Assembly (NCBI GenBank): GCA_964199315.1
Contig: OZ116700.1
Coordinates: 5,394,001 to 5,458,000, forward strand
Length of the DNA: 64,000 bases
Reading direction: 5' to 3'
Source of the DNA: Orbicella franksi
Lineage: Eukaryota
In this document: one piece after another, positions 12,755-27,700 of the stretch
How positions within the stretch are numbered: the first letter of the stretch is position 1
Layout: every line of letters begins with the position of its first letter
Program-made: the position numbers and the translations under genes
Notes under the pieces: generated by a model
Database searches by the model: none
What the model saw: only the letters and a program-made list of their open reading frames with translations
Told to the model about the DNA's origin: nothing

Positions 12755-15700
12755 CTGAAAGAACAAAACGTTTACTTGTCTCCTATAATTACTTCCGCTA
12801 ACTTTATAAGCTTCTTACCACTTCGGCTTCTACACACAAGGTGTATTGTGCGTATCACGTTCCTTAGGATATTCAGTGTACACTTCCTACAACTCCAACT
12901 CCAACGCAGGCTAGCAGAAGATAAGGTCTGCTCCAACCCTTCAGATCAGCGGAGCCATGATCCATCTCGGTTACATGGTATGAAGCAACTAACATGATGT
13001 TAATTCTATCATATTTCGCTTCGCTCGGCCGAATAGAAAACATTTCTATTATAAGTAGAGGAGACAAATAACACAACAAATAGTGGAGGGAGCCGCCAGC
13101 AATAATCGAGTTTATTTACAAGAACCTGAGACACGCTGAATACAGGTTACAAGCCAGAAAATATAAGAATATGTCACATGCTATTTTAAATAACGATATT
13201 AACACTAAGGAAAAAACAGCCTCGAGTAAACTGGTCGGCGTTTAGTGGTGTGATATTCTCAAGGAGTGGTATATAAAGGTCTAATTAACCCAATGGGAAC
13301 TAATACAAAGCAACCACCGAAAAGAAATACATTTTCCCTGGATGAGATGCCAGTCCTTTGCCGACAGTTATGTCTGACAGATTCCCTACAACAATTCACT
13401 GGTTACCGAAGTGTTTTCCTGGGTGGAGTGGGCCGGGTGGAGTGGACCATTGTGAGAGTAAAGCGTCGGGTCCGAGAACAACACAATCAGTGACCCTAGC
13501 CAACGTTGTTACCCTTGTCTGTGAACAGGCGCCGGCTGGAAGGGTCTGACTGAGGCTAGAAGAGCTGAGAAGGACCTGGCTGAGAGTGAAGTGGCCGAGG
13601 GCCTCTTTCTTCCCGCTTTCTCTTCCCCCCATCCTCGACTAGAGATCCTATTTACAGGCTACTGTTACCCACGTCGCTCGACCTACCCACACTGACTCGC
13701 CATTAAGCAAAGTCAGTTGTGGAAAAAAAGTATCTTTTGTCGTACGTCTTCGCAGAAAAAAAAAAATCGAAGAGATTCCAATTCGTACTATCCAATCAAC
13801 AAACAGCACCCGCTAGCAAGCACTTCGGAAAATAGTGACGTCAGCTAGCCTGCGAGCAAGTTTTCTTAGAATACGGGGTGAAGGAAAAAGAGAGCTTTCC
13901 TCCAACCCCCTCCCCCCTACTCACAGGAAATCCGTCATTCGACCATTTCACAGTTGTCTTTTCAGTAAGCTGGCCTTTGAATAGCAGCGAGGCTGGAGGT
14001 GACCTTGATTTGAAACAGACCTCACTACTTTTGTTGTGTACATCAAATTGTTCTTATGCTTTCTAGTTGCCATTTAAATGAGAAAAGCAGAGCCGGGTTT
14101 GTATCAAAACAAGGTCACCTTCAGCCTCGCTTGTATTCATAGGCCAGGTAACTAAGCACACAACTGTAAAATGGCCTATTCCTAACTACTGGAACATGAG
14201 CGCAAACCTGCTTAAATTTTGAGACTACTTTTCCTAATTCTGTGTAATCTCGATGAGTTTCGGGTGTCTTTTCCAGCAAGTTGGACAAGATTCTCTCGCA
14301 CTCCACCACATGTTGAACCTGAAATCACAAAGTCACAGAGCAGTGTTATGGACTGGTTAACGACTAGCTTCACGGAACATTCTTTAGCCCTTATTATCCG
14401 GGGTTAGTCGGTCTGTATGGGAGAATCTTGACCGAGGTCTGTACACACGACCGAGGTCAAGATTCTCCCATACAGACCGACTAACCCCTGTTACAGATGT
14501 TTATTGTATGGCAAACAAGAAAAACAATAATTCGTTTACTGTAACTGGTTTGTACTAGCTGACATTTTGCTTGCGAACGGCGATGAGCTGAGCTTAAATC
14601 TTAAGTTTGCTGAGCCCGTCCTCTTTACTTTTTCTTTCTACCTCATCAGGCTTTTTGGCACTTCCATAGACGAAAATAGTCAATATTTTTGTGTTTTAGT
14701 TTGCAACTTTTTCACCGCAAAATATAACCGGTATAGATGCCGGTCTAGATGCCGGTCTAGATGCCGGTCTAGATAGGAAAATCTAGACCGCGGTCAATAT
14801 CGATTTCAGCCAATCAAATTCAATTCAGACACATCCATATAATAAATTCCGTTCTTGTTCAGCATTCACGCTACGAAGAGGCTGGAACGCTTTTTCCCGC
14901 CAAAATGTGCTTCGCACGCCGCGTCGCAACTCTCATTGGTTTCCCGCCATAACTTGTCGCATCCGTCATAGCTTCTGGTTGTTTCCCGCCATCTGTACCA
15001 CGTGTGCCAATTAGAACTAAATATGAAGTTATCTGTGGGAAATTTCACAAACTTCTAAACAGTATAGTAGGAAAATAACAATTTTACGAAACGCAAATTT
15101 GCTAGGGGATGAAGGAAGGGAATAAAAAAATCACAGCAGCAAAAAGGCATTTACCCCTTCCCTCTCTGAGCATGTGCACAATAACATTTTGGCCAAATTT
15201 AGTCTAGGGCACTGAGTCAGCGGTCGCCGAGAAATTTCTTAGCTTCGTCCATACCTCTACTCTCTTAGTCTACATTTCGACTCGACCTAACTCTCCTCAC
15301 TCTTCCGCGGCGAATTTGGAAAAACGAACCTGGAACCAGATTAAGCGATTGATTGCCGTCAAGCAAATGCTAGAACAGCTTGTTGTTCTTGTTGTTGTTC
15401 TTTGGTTATCTAATAAAACAGCGAACATGTGTGCGTGGAAAAGTCACTATCATCAGACTGTGTATTGACGTCATTTAGCCTTTCAAAGAGAATTAACGTG
15501 AAACGAAAATGTTCTTGACCCTAGCAAAAGTTTCATGTCGCCGGGGGACGGTTCTTTGGAATTTCTAAGCAGACAACACATGTTGAGCTCACGTACGTAG
15601 GCTCTCCATCAAGTGGATCCAATTATCTTTAAAATCTACGACAAACGCCTACGCGGGAAGGAGCGCTTCGAATTTCATCACAAGCGACCAAGTGCCAAGC

Positions 15701-18700
15701 CTCTTCCATCGTTTCGATACGCAGATTGCAATCTTTTCTTTCGTTATAACGCTCAATAAACGACTGTTGTGTTAGCTTTGAAGCCCACAATGAAAATAAC
15801 ACCAGTCCACAAAGTCTTTCTACTTCCCAACATGAAGACAATAAGCCAAATCTTATCATCTTGCCGGGTGAAACTTCTCCAAAGACAAATATTTTCCTGT
15901 TTTTCTCCCAACGACCTTTGACTAGACTCATGAAAGACCACAACGTTTACAAAGAGAAAGCATATCAATTAATAGCATTCTGAATTCATCAACAACATCA
16001 ATATAGGGGCGTGAAAAGGCAAATCATAATTATGATACAAAAAAATTAAAGCACCATGGCTGTTGGAATGTTCGTGGAGTCCTGTTACAAAGTGGTTATT
16101 CAGTTCAGGGTTGTAGGCGATCTGTTTTCAGTATAAACAATCCCTAATTATTGAACAATGCTTGTTTTAAACACTACGATGTATATAAACCCGACAACTA
16201 TCGACTGGCTATAAGAGCAGGGAAAAGCGAATAAATATACCACTTGCATCGCGCAGAGTTCCAGGAGAATTATAATTCCAGGTATTTCCTGGACCGGAAA
16301 CGTCGGCATCTCTAATCACGCAAACTGGTCAAAATAGAGCTGAAGAAAATTCTTGTCCGTAAAAAATAACAAAACATAAGGTCAAGGGATTTACAGTTAA
16401 AGAATTCACGTCTGCATATTATTGTTTCCGAAGTTGGTTTCCACGACCAAGAGCGACATTTTTCTTGTGTACGGCCGTTCTTGAATTCAAAACAAGCAAC
16501 AGAATACTGTCGCTTTAAAAAGTCTTTCACAAGGAGCCGTACTTCAAATAAACAAGTCTTGAGCGCTTCGCAAGCAACTCTAGATACATAAAAGAACTGC
16601 AATTCAACGTTAACGCCATCATCAAAGCAAAATATTGGGCAACATATTGCTTACCCGAAATGTCGAGCTTCTTCGGCGAACTCTAAACGAACTCTTCCAT
16701 CTCTTAGCAGCGCGAAAGCTCTTTCTGATCCTGCTACTTAACTTTCTAAACCGTCTTCTCCGCTGTGGAGACATTCAGGTGGGCAAAAACAAGGAATCTT
16801 TCTCCGATGCTGGACGTAATACGCTCGGAGGACCGTGTTGTGAGGCGTGTGTGACAGAACGAGCCTTGTATGTCGTATCAGATGTCATATGTTGGACGGA
16901 CGCTCAAATGACACATTTTCACTTATAAATTGAGTACGAAACATAAACAAACAATCCGACCAAATAGCATGTGTTCCGGCCACCATGAAGGTGAAACTGA
17001 AATTCAAAACTGTTCCTTGAACTGCCCTCGCTGAAGGCAAACTTGGATTTAAAGCTATTCTTGCTTTCTCCGATGCAAAATATACGACGGAATGAAATAA
17101 CAGACTGAATCACAAAACCACAAATTTGAGTCTGGGCAATGTCACCGACTAGACAGTATCATTGATGAAAACAAAAAATAAGATTGACTCTTTCAACACG
17201 AAGTTTGAAATACGAATTCTCCTTACTTCAAGTTAGTTCTGAGAATTCAAAGTACATCAAGACAGTATCTAATTGACGACTTCTGTTCTCGTCATCTCTC
17301 ATCTTGATAAACTGTATCGATTTTGTGCGGAGAAATTACACTTTGGTCATTCGGAATTTTAAAGTGCAAAGACCTATTCAAAGTCGTTGAAGTATTTTGC
17401 GGACAAATTGCGTTATTTTCGCGAGCATAAAACACATCAAAGAAAAAGCGAAACCTGCTCAATATAACAATTATACCTTTTCAATATCTTCTTCAATAAG
17501 TTGTGGAATGTTTTCATCGGTAATGTAAGCTCCGGCCAAGAGACAGTTTCCAAAAACGTGGAGGGCGGTGAGCGTTAATCTTCTTCGCCAACGTTCAAGC
17601 ATACTCGATAATTTTGGCCACTTCACTTCCAAAGGGAAATTGTAATTGGATGTGATGCTTCTCGAAAGTCAAGTCATAATTTGGTGTTATAAATCTCTCG
17701 TGCTAACAGATATAGCTGCCTCGTTTTTCCGGTTGGAAGGAAATACCCCGCCACCCACATACAGAAATATACGTGAATGTCTACAAATAGCAATACACTT
17801 CAATTCTTTAAATTACGAAGACAATTAAAACTTCTTCCCGGTTGACAACCGTTATCTCGAAGTCATGAGAAAGAAGTTATTATCTCAATTACCGATTTCC
17901 TTTCCCAGCAAAAAAAAAGGACTAGTTTTTCGCCAGTTCAAGTGAATTTTGGTAACTTAAAAAAACTGACGCTTTCGAAACAAATAGTTTGTAGTGGGCT
18001 CAACGAAAAAACGTACCAGGAATCATAGGCATTCGCACAATTCGTACGTCCTTGAATGAATAAACATTCCAGATTCTTAATCTGGAAAACACGAGAACAA
18101 TTCAGACGCAATTCGCTGCGGTCAGTTCTCTAACGACAACAAATGGATTCCATGTTCCTTGTTGTAGACTCGACTCGAACGTACCGCAAATGTACATATT
18201 TGCTCTTCTTTATGTTAATATTTGTTAAAAAGAATGAAGAAGAATTTTGAACTAGAATTAAGTCTAACAAATAAGACATAATTGACCAGCACGTGCATTG
18301 ACAGCCTCGTAAACGGATTTCCGACATTCGGTAAGCGATTTAGCGCCTCCTTTACTCACTCCCAAAAAAAGGCACGGTAAAAATTCAACAAATTGATCCT
18401 CGCCTCCACTTTTTGCCGGTTTATATTTATTTATTTCTTTTTTCATGTCTTTCGCTCCTCGTTTTACGATTTAGGGTTGCGGAGAGGAAATACTAACAGT
18501 CTTAGGTTAAAAATGGAAGTAAAGAGAGAAATTCGTGACAAACAAAACCCCTCACAATTTTAGAAGGGGCTATTTATGACCAAACCTCGTTTATATTCCT
18601 TGTACCTGTATGCGGAACCGTGGGACAAATTCAGTTATCCACATTGTATTCTGTAATCGTTATCACGATAAAAGACTTCTGATCTCCTAAATCTTCGTGT

Positions 18701-21700
18701 TGATCCTGTTATCACGTTGATTGCGATCTTTTCATCCGCTTTACTGAACGCTTGCTCAGCAAACGACTGTTGACGACGAGTAGTGACGCTCTCTTTCGCT
18801 TAGCCCGTCGAGCGAGACCGCAAGACTAAGAGAAAGAGGGACTACTCGTAGTCTATAGTATAGCTTTGAACCGTACACTGAAAACACTACCAGAAAGGAG
18901 GATATCTAAATTAAAGCACGGACCGAGAAAGCGAGGTTAATAACATATTTATTATATCTCCATTGTATGTGTGTCTGACGGGTTCAGGAAGCCAATTCAA
19001 GACTCGCGAAACGGCTTCAAATGACTGACATATGTCAAAAGCAAAACGAGTCAATTCTAAATCTTTGCTAAAACGTTTAATTCATAGCATGTTGTACACG
19101 TAATAAAACATTTCATGAACCTTGGCGATAAATCAAAAAACACATTTTCAGCAGGCCGTGAGTAGAATATGGCCCACTTAACTGGCCAATCACGGCGCGC
19201 GTAGTACCCGAGGGACATAATAATTTCAAACAAAGTGGAGACGTACAGAACACATTTTCCTCTTCTCTCTTTTGCATACATATAGCTTGAAGTACATTTA
19301 AAGTAACAGTCGGATCGATCGGGAACTACAGCTTAACAGCTCTTGTCCCAAAACACTGCTCATTACTCTCGCTCCCTTTAATTACATACATATCATTTTC
19401 TGTAGTAGAAGTTCAACTTTACGGAAATTTTCACATGAGTTTCGTAGGCGAAATGCCAGTAATCAGTTAAAATGAGCACACAATTTCAAACCAGGTTTTT
19501 GCATCTTTTTTCTATAAATAGCACTGTTCTCCCGGCATATGAGCGATACAAAAGTATTTTCAAAAACATTCACTCCCATTGAAAACAGGCAACAATGCAA
19601 TACAATAAAAGACTATTTATTATTAGAACCGTTATAATTAACCTTGACTTCAAAAGACCCGAGTTTTCCAGGCTTTCTTTAGACCGAGTTCAAATTAATC
19701 AAAGCGCTTCTATTTTTCTGTGATACCGCACAAGTACACACGAACCATCACAGGACAACAGCAAATGATAACATAAAGAACCAAAAGTATGCATATACGC
19801 TACAAATGCTCAACTGTGATAAAGTTATCGTACACAGATTGTACCGCTCTCTGACTAACACGTCCCAGCACGCACTTCATAATCTAATGAACGAAACGCT
19901 CTGCCGGATTCTAAAATTAAAAAACACTTAAAAACAATAACTTCTTTTCAACGACTTTTGTCTACGCAACATCTCGCCTCCCAGATTTTAATTTCCAAAA
20001 ACGTTGTGCTTTTTCGTCTAATGAAGACCTAAAAAGATAATAGAAATTGGCCAGCGAGCCTATTGTAGCGTGCAACACACAAGTCGACCGTCGAAGTCAA
20101 AACTAACTATTTTGTCAAGTCTCTGTTTATTACACAAAATATTTCCTCGGGCAAAATCGATTATAACATTATCGTAACATGGAATAATCTCGCTACAAAA
20201 ATGATCACCATTTAAGGACAAGATTGATGAGTGTGTGTAAGTCATCTCGCGAAACAATCCAATGGTAGACTGGAAAAAAAGTGAAAAGTGACAGAAGTGA
20301 TCGATGAGAATTAGTGCAGAAAGGCTTAACCTAAACTTGTATTCACCTTTAATAGTTCACATGTGGTGAAGTCGAAGCAATGCTATTGACAAACATGCGC
20401 TAAATGAACTGTGAAGGGCAAAAAAAAAAAATGACCGTAATTGGAAGAACAAGTTGCAACCAGGTATGAATCGTTGGTTCGCGATTTTCTGCAGAACTGA
20501 ATGCGCATTTACTTTCTCAAATACAACTGGCATAATACTCTTTTGCACGTCATATCAGCAAATCGGAAAATAAATAAACACCAAGATAACAAATATAGGA
20601 AATTATGATGACCATAAAACGTGTGTACCGCGGTTGACAAAAATAACGAAAGGACCTCAGGGACTGTCCAAGTTATGCGCGCAGAACTCTGGAAAGGAAA
20701 ACTCGGAGAAACACTGTACCTGAATGAGTTTTGAGTTCAAGAAGCATTGTTGATGGCAGTGTAGTTTGATCAGAATAATGCGATATTAAATGCACGATAC
20801 TTCGCTTGTGGATGACTAAAAGATAGCAGAACTCATGAAAGAAGGCTCTGACCTTCCCGGTAATAACACTGCTAATCAATCAGTTCACAGTCTGCGTAAC
20901 GGTTTGGCAGCGGTTTAGACTTAAAACAGATAGGATCAACACGTTAATTACGCTGTGAGTTGACTTTATGAGGCAGAAAGCTGGCCTCCAAGAATGAAAT
21001 TGGGTTTTTATAAAATTTAGCTCACAATCAATTTCATGAACAGAACAAAAATTAAATTGACAAGTTGAAATGCAATGAAATCCTCGCCAATTATTTTCTG
21101 AATTTGTTCACTCCACTCAACAGTTATGTTAAAAGGCTCCCCTCGACCTGACGTAATAAACTCGTGACTTAAATCCCTTTACAACGAATAGAGGAAATCA
21201 AGTCATGTATCAAGTGAATCGCACCGGTCTGGCTTTCAATATCTGAGAACAGAAAGTTCAAAGTTGAAAATCGCTACCAATCGCAACACCGCTATTAACT
21301 ATTTCATGACTTACAAGAAAACAAACTGGATTTAAATCGATCACTTACCGATTTTCTATAGGGCATAACATAGACCACAGAGGAACCCATTACCAAAACC
21401 TCCCTCGCAAAGCCCTGTCACACCGTTTATGAGAACTGTCCAGTGAAGGAGAAATTAAATTGCATTTACATACTAAAAGCCATGCGCTGGCGGTTGAAGC
21501 GGCCGATATTACACCACCGACCGTCTACCGACATAAACCACAGCCTTTCCTTCAGCACAATAAACTTGCTGATCAACATACCAATAAGTGGTCAAAACAA
21601 AAAAAAGAATACCCACTGGTTTTAACAATAACGAATCCAGCTGCGGTCGATGCGAGCCCCTCTGATTGTGTACAAACGCCATGAATTCGCTGTCATTTTC

Positions 21701-24700
21701 TCGTTTCTGTCTCATTAAGCTGCAATCAAAAAACACACAGCGATAAAATCGAGAGCTTAGAGTATTTTTTTCATGCTCTAGATTTGGCGCAAAAGTTTTC
21801 CGATAGTTGCACCAAAGCTTGTTGGAATTCTTGGCAAATGTTCCCTGCATGCTTCAAACCAGGTATAGTCAACCGAACGTTCGGAAATCGAACTCAATCA
21901 AGGTCAATCCGTGGATTGTGTTCGATTGACTTCGGCAGTCGAACGAATCAAACATTGTGTGAGTTCGACTTCCGCACCAATCGAACTCAATCTGTTAGAT
22001 TGCGTTGGATTGCGTTCGGTGAATAAATTCGCTTGAACAAAGATCATGTTATGTGGTCTCAAAAACACGAAAAACACGAGTAAGGTGTTATACCGACTTA
22101 ACTCGAGGCTCAAAAAATTTGTATTGGAAAGACGTTCGATTGAGTTCGATTGTCCAATTATTTTTATGTGGGTTCGATTTCGTTCGATTGCCGACCTCAA
22201 TCGAACTCATTCCATGCGTTCGATTGAAATTAAGTTCGAGTAGGTTCGATTGAAAATGCCGGGATTAAAGTCCTCATAAATTTGGCCAGTGACAAAGAGT
22301 ATTGTCGCGAACCAGTATTAATACCAACCTCGTTCCCAGTGTCCTTTCTCTTCCGGAAGAATAGAATGAACACTGGGAACTAGGTTGTATTAATACACGG
22401 TTTCATTGGCTTTTCCACAAATGCCGACAAGAATGCAATCACGCGTGACACGTGACGCGTGACAAAAAGTGTTTTTGTGCACGTGCAATCACTGACCCCT
22501 CCAAAGTATTTAAGGCGGGGGTACACAAGAATTTAAGTAAAATTTCAGGAAGTTTAACGACGGATTAAAAAGATAAAAAGGGGTTTAGAACACCACCAGA
22601 CAGTTGACTGCCCCCAAAAGGGCACCCCGGGATGGTGGGCAACTGTTTGGTGTACATCTACCAATTTCTAACTTCAAATTCTAATTTTAAAACAACATCA
22701 AATCTTCAAAATTTCCTATTTCCATAAATTTTACTAATCCTTTGAGAAAAACTATTTATCCCCAAATATACCCAAAAATCACCAAAACAATTTACAAAAC
22801 TGCCCAAAACGTAGCTATGTGAAATGAGCAGAGAGATTTTTCACTGTCTGAAACGTGAACGAGATATTTGCATTCACACAGTAATACCCAGCACAAATAT
22901 GGCCTTCATGTTAACCCCCGCCTTAAAGAGCATCAATTATTGCCCTGTTCAACACTAATACGGACACGTGACTGGCTTTGGTTACTCAGTATTATGTGAA
23001 AGAAAAGCAATCCTTATAGCACTAAACATGTGGTCTGCGAAAACGATTCTGATTCTAATGCATTAAAGTAAGCTCCACTCCCAGACACATGAGCACGCCA
23101 CAGTTACATAACTCAATTTTTTCTAAACACACCCTCTCCCCAGAAGATAACAACACCTCACACCCCTCCTCTAGACGTGAAGCTCTGTAGGCATGGATAG
23201 GCGCTATATAAATATTTATTTATTATTATTATTAATTTTCCTCTCCCCTATACACCGCACTACCCCTCTCCACCCAACTCATACCAGCCCACTCTCCAAT
23301 CTCGCTGCACACCATTCCTGTCCTCATACTCCCTTATAATAGTCCCACATCTCGGGTGCTTTCCATTATGCCAGACCGATCGGTCAGAAACCAGCGTGAC
23401 TATCCGAGGAAAATGGAACATTTTGCGATCAAACCGGGCGTACCGAGACGAATGGTTCCCACCATTTTCTACTCCTTTCCCGAATCCACCACTTAAATGA
23501 AATATACTAAAGAGAAGATGGGAAATGAACCGGTTTGGCAAAATGGAACGGCAAATGGTCAAATTGGACCACCTCCAGAGGTGGTTCCGAATATTCCGGT
23601 CGGACAGAACCGAAACGGGCCTTTCCATTTGACTTCCGACCGAAATTTCCGAGATTTTTGGCAAGATGGAAAGCACCCCTTGTTTCTCCCTCACATACCA
23701 CTCTACTACTCTCTCCACTTAACACTGCTATTGGCATACACACAGTGACACTTACCCATCCTTTCCCACACACTCTCGCCACCTCTCCCCTATATAATTA
23801 CAACATCGTGTCTTCAGGCATTGCCTCGCACCAGACATCCATCATCACATTAATTTCAGATCCATAGAATTATAATGATAAAGACGAATATATTTTCTTG
23901 CCTTCTTGCAAACTTGAACGCCAAGTAGTAGTCATTGTAACGCTCCCAAAACAAAGGAAATTCGGCATATATTGCACCTGAAATAGAAAACAGAATTGAA
24001 AATACATGTCGGGAATGGATCAAAAGAGAAAGCAAACCCTATGGATAGTTCGCGTACGGTGAAATAAAAACTCGCGTGGAAAAGTGCAAAGGATACACGC
24101 GAGGAGGTTGTAGTGGCGATAGCCTCCTATGTAAACTCTCTTTGGGTTCGTCACGCAATCTTTCCCCCGTGACGACCCCAATGAGCGTCCGCGTAGGAGA
24201 CTAAAGTGGCGGCGGATAAATCGTGTCTAAATACACCACAGGTTACTGAAGTTCGGGAAACAAAAATCACGTGGATGCTGCTTCTAATTATGACAATGGC
24301 GGACCGGAAGGGGGCCTTTTAAGTCCAGTGTAATGAAATATTAAAAAACCGTTTCCGTCAATGAATTTTTTTACCTATTCCTGTAGAAGCTGAATTCCAG
24401 TTGTTTGCAGCTTCCTCCACCTGGAATGACAACAAATAAAAATAATAAACACGACACAATAATATGCCCTCCTTTCTTTCTTTTCCTATTCTTTTAAGTT
24501 AGTTGGAATGAATGGCGCTTAAAATGTTCCAAAGTTTCCCAGTCTTAACTATACTCGCTTCTTTTCGGTTTGTCAAAATTTCTTTGTTGTTTTTCTCCCT
24601 TAGTAAATTATCCATTTAAGGTTTGCGTAAGTTTTCATTGATTTAAACTAGCTACTTACCTTTGCATAAAGAGCAGAATTGAGTGAACATATCGGTTCTA

Positions 24701-27700
24701 GAGTGGCAAACAACGTATGATGTTCTGCCCTTGTTATTTTGCCTCTGCAAAGAAAATTAAAATGCCAATTGCGACCAACTACTAAACTTCTACTTTCTAT
24801 TACTTTAAAGATTTAATTTACATTAGTAGCAAAAGCGCCCGTTTTCTCTTGTCTCTGATATACTTAAGCTTTTAGAGGTGCCTTTTGTAATAGCCCCCCT
24901 AATGACAGTAAGCACCCATTGTTCAATAAGCCATACTTACATAATTTATCAAAAGAACTGTCAGTTGTTGTTTCGATTTTTTACAACAGAAAAAGACTCT
25001 TCTGATTTGAGTCTTAACAAATATATGTCAATCTCTGAGAAAATCCTTGTCAGCAGAAAACTATGGGAACTAACAGAGGGTCTCATGGTTTTTATGACTA
25101 ATACCTATGCCTGTTTGAAGCTGACACATTTCAAACATTAGCTCTTCAAAGTGAATGGGCTCACAATCAAAACATCAGTTTCACAAGCTCATCATGGCCG
25201 TTATCAACTTTAAGAACTATAGATGCTAGACCTCTTACTGTACTAACTCATTTGGCATTACAGTTGGCTGATGATGGACTCACTCCTTTTAAAGCTGTTG
25301 AAAGTACAAAATATTACTCTTGTAACTAGTTTACCTCAGTGGTTCAGCATATAATTCAAACAGGCTCTTCAGGCAATCATTGTACACTTCTTCAGCATAG
25401 ACCAACTCCTTTACACAGCGCAGTCTGTCATCTTTAACTGTCATAAACAAAAAAATGTGTATCACATGTGTTAGCATTTTGGGGAGACACAGAGGGGGAG
25501 GACGAGGGCGAGGGTTCAGTCCATGCCAGTGTGTGTAAATAATTCCGAAAATTATGTGGAAATGGAAAATGTCTGAATGTCTGTGGTAGTGCACACGGGA
25601 GAAGTCTACAACGTCTATGACGAACTTTGGAGTGGCAATATGGCATATTCTGTAACAAGAGACATAGACATAAGACAAGTAGTGGAAAGAAGTCCCTTTG
25701 TGTGAACTAGCCACCTTCATCAATTTAGCTGCAAGGATTTGGTCCCTGCTACTTGTCCAATGAATTCAAACTGGTTTGAATTGAAGGGACAAGCCCACAC
25801 AACTTGTCCCTCAAAATCCCTCATGTGAACTGTTCATGGGACTTGGGACTTGTCCCCATGTGTGTGCCAACCTTCAACTTCATCACTAAAATATTTTCAC
25901 AGGCTGTGGGTTTCCAAACGTCAAATTTTGCAGAAATTTCTAGCTGCTATATTGCATTTTTTTTTTCTATTTGTTTTGCAAAGCAGTGTGCTTTGTCCCA
26001 CATCTGCCTCCAATTTCAAAACATTATGATGGATTCTACCATAAAATGTGTATAACTAAAAATATCAAGAACATTTCATCCACTTTAGTATAGGTGTATA
26101 CTTTCTTTTAACTCACTCGTGTGTAGATTGTCTAGCTGAAAGTTTGACAGCATCTTGTCCACATCCTCGATGGCAATCTCGGCATTCTCTACAGCAGTGG
26201 CATTTGCCTCAAGATTTAACAGCGTCTTTTCAGGCAAGGTGCGCACTTGGTAATTGGTTAAGTTGTACTCCTGGCAGATTCCAGCAACAAGATCCCTTAC
26301 CGTCATATTGCGCTCAGCACTCAACTGTATATAGACAAAGAGGTTAAGAGATCATCAAATCTGTATTCTGTTGCAAAAGCAATTCCAAAGAAAGAAGCGT
26401 GAAAAAAGTTTCAGGACAACTTGAAACTGTGGTCTTTACATTGACAGTACAATACTTCATCAACTGGGTTATGGAGCCATGTAGATTAACTGTCATGTTT
26501 CCTTGTGATGAACAAGTTGATGTAGAACTGCAATATATTGTATATGTTTCAGGAGAAAAAAAGAACAACTCTGGGCTGCACATGGCACATTTCACAACCT
26601 ACAGCCCCAAACTGATATATCCCAGTTCCATGTTGGGTGAGGGACCAGGGAACCAGATGACAAGGGGTCTAGACAGGGATCCTAACTGGGGTCCAGACAT
26701 GGGTCCAGAATGGGGTCATGATGGGAAATCTCCATTTTGTACCATCTCTGAGAATAAAATACTATTAGTCTAGGATAATACAACATCTTAGAGGTGTCTA
26801 AAGCTTCATTCCAAGTTTTACTCTACTTCTTACAATACTGAATAGGTGTTCAAGCTACATGGAGAGCTTAAAACAAAGAAGATTCCCTCCATTTGATAAA
26901 CTAATTAAAAACCAAAGAAGTAATGCTCAGTTTGATTACTAAGCTAGCTGCCCCTTGACAAGATTAAATGTTTTGTTCACAAGACACTGTAGAGATCACG
27001 CTGTGACATTCATCTATTTCTTCTTTAAAAAATTCCTTTGAATGAATATAGCAGCCAAAGAGAATCTGTGTCAATAAACAGCTGCAAACAGGATTATTTT
27101 AGTTTTGTGATAATTTGGAAATTTAATGGCCTTGCAGTCTGAGTTTACACTGTCTTAGTCACAAAGCTATATATATGTTCAACAAAATCACAAGCAGACT
27201 GAAACAGATTTTAAGCAGGTAAATATGATGAACACAACAACAAGAAAATAGTTGTGTAGCTAATAGAGTAAAGGGTTCAAGAGGTATACTGCACAATCCA
27301 CCAAAATTTGTGGAAACTACCAGCACTTTCCTGGGGTAAATCTTAATACAATGTTGCCCCAAAAATTCACTGAGTGGTGTTAATTTCACCTTCCTGTGTG
27401 GACAGGGCAACAGTGAATCAGAATAAAAGGTGTTTATTTACCACAGCAGAACCTCACTATCCTGAACTCGGTTATCTTGAACACCACGCTGTCTCAAACA
27501 CAAATTATTTTCCTTGGATATACTCCTTCAGTCACCTAGTATCGGGTATCTTGAACCTCCATAATTTCCTTTCTATTTAACAATCAGATTATGAGCTCAA
27601 GATTTCTATCAGTGATAGTTGACGAGGGCGCAGCCCAGTCAACTAAGGGCGCAGCCCAGTCAACTATCATGCATACATGTACAAATCAAGAGGGAATAAT

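Noticed and set aside
21784-22253. GTTCGA motifs suggesting tRNA T-loops, and several ORFs
   Set aside because: No cloverleaf or A box; all lie within one MITE
23260-23867. Four overlapping ORFs of 83-152 aa
   Set aside because: They derive from the MITE at 23354-23678 and adjacent pyrimidine-rich sequence
26399-26773. 124-aa + strand ORF with GPD/GPE-like repeats
   Set aside because: Produced by degenerate GGGTCCAGA repeats in an intron; starts at GTG and has no splice support
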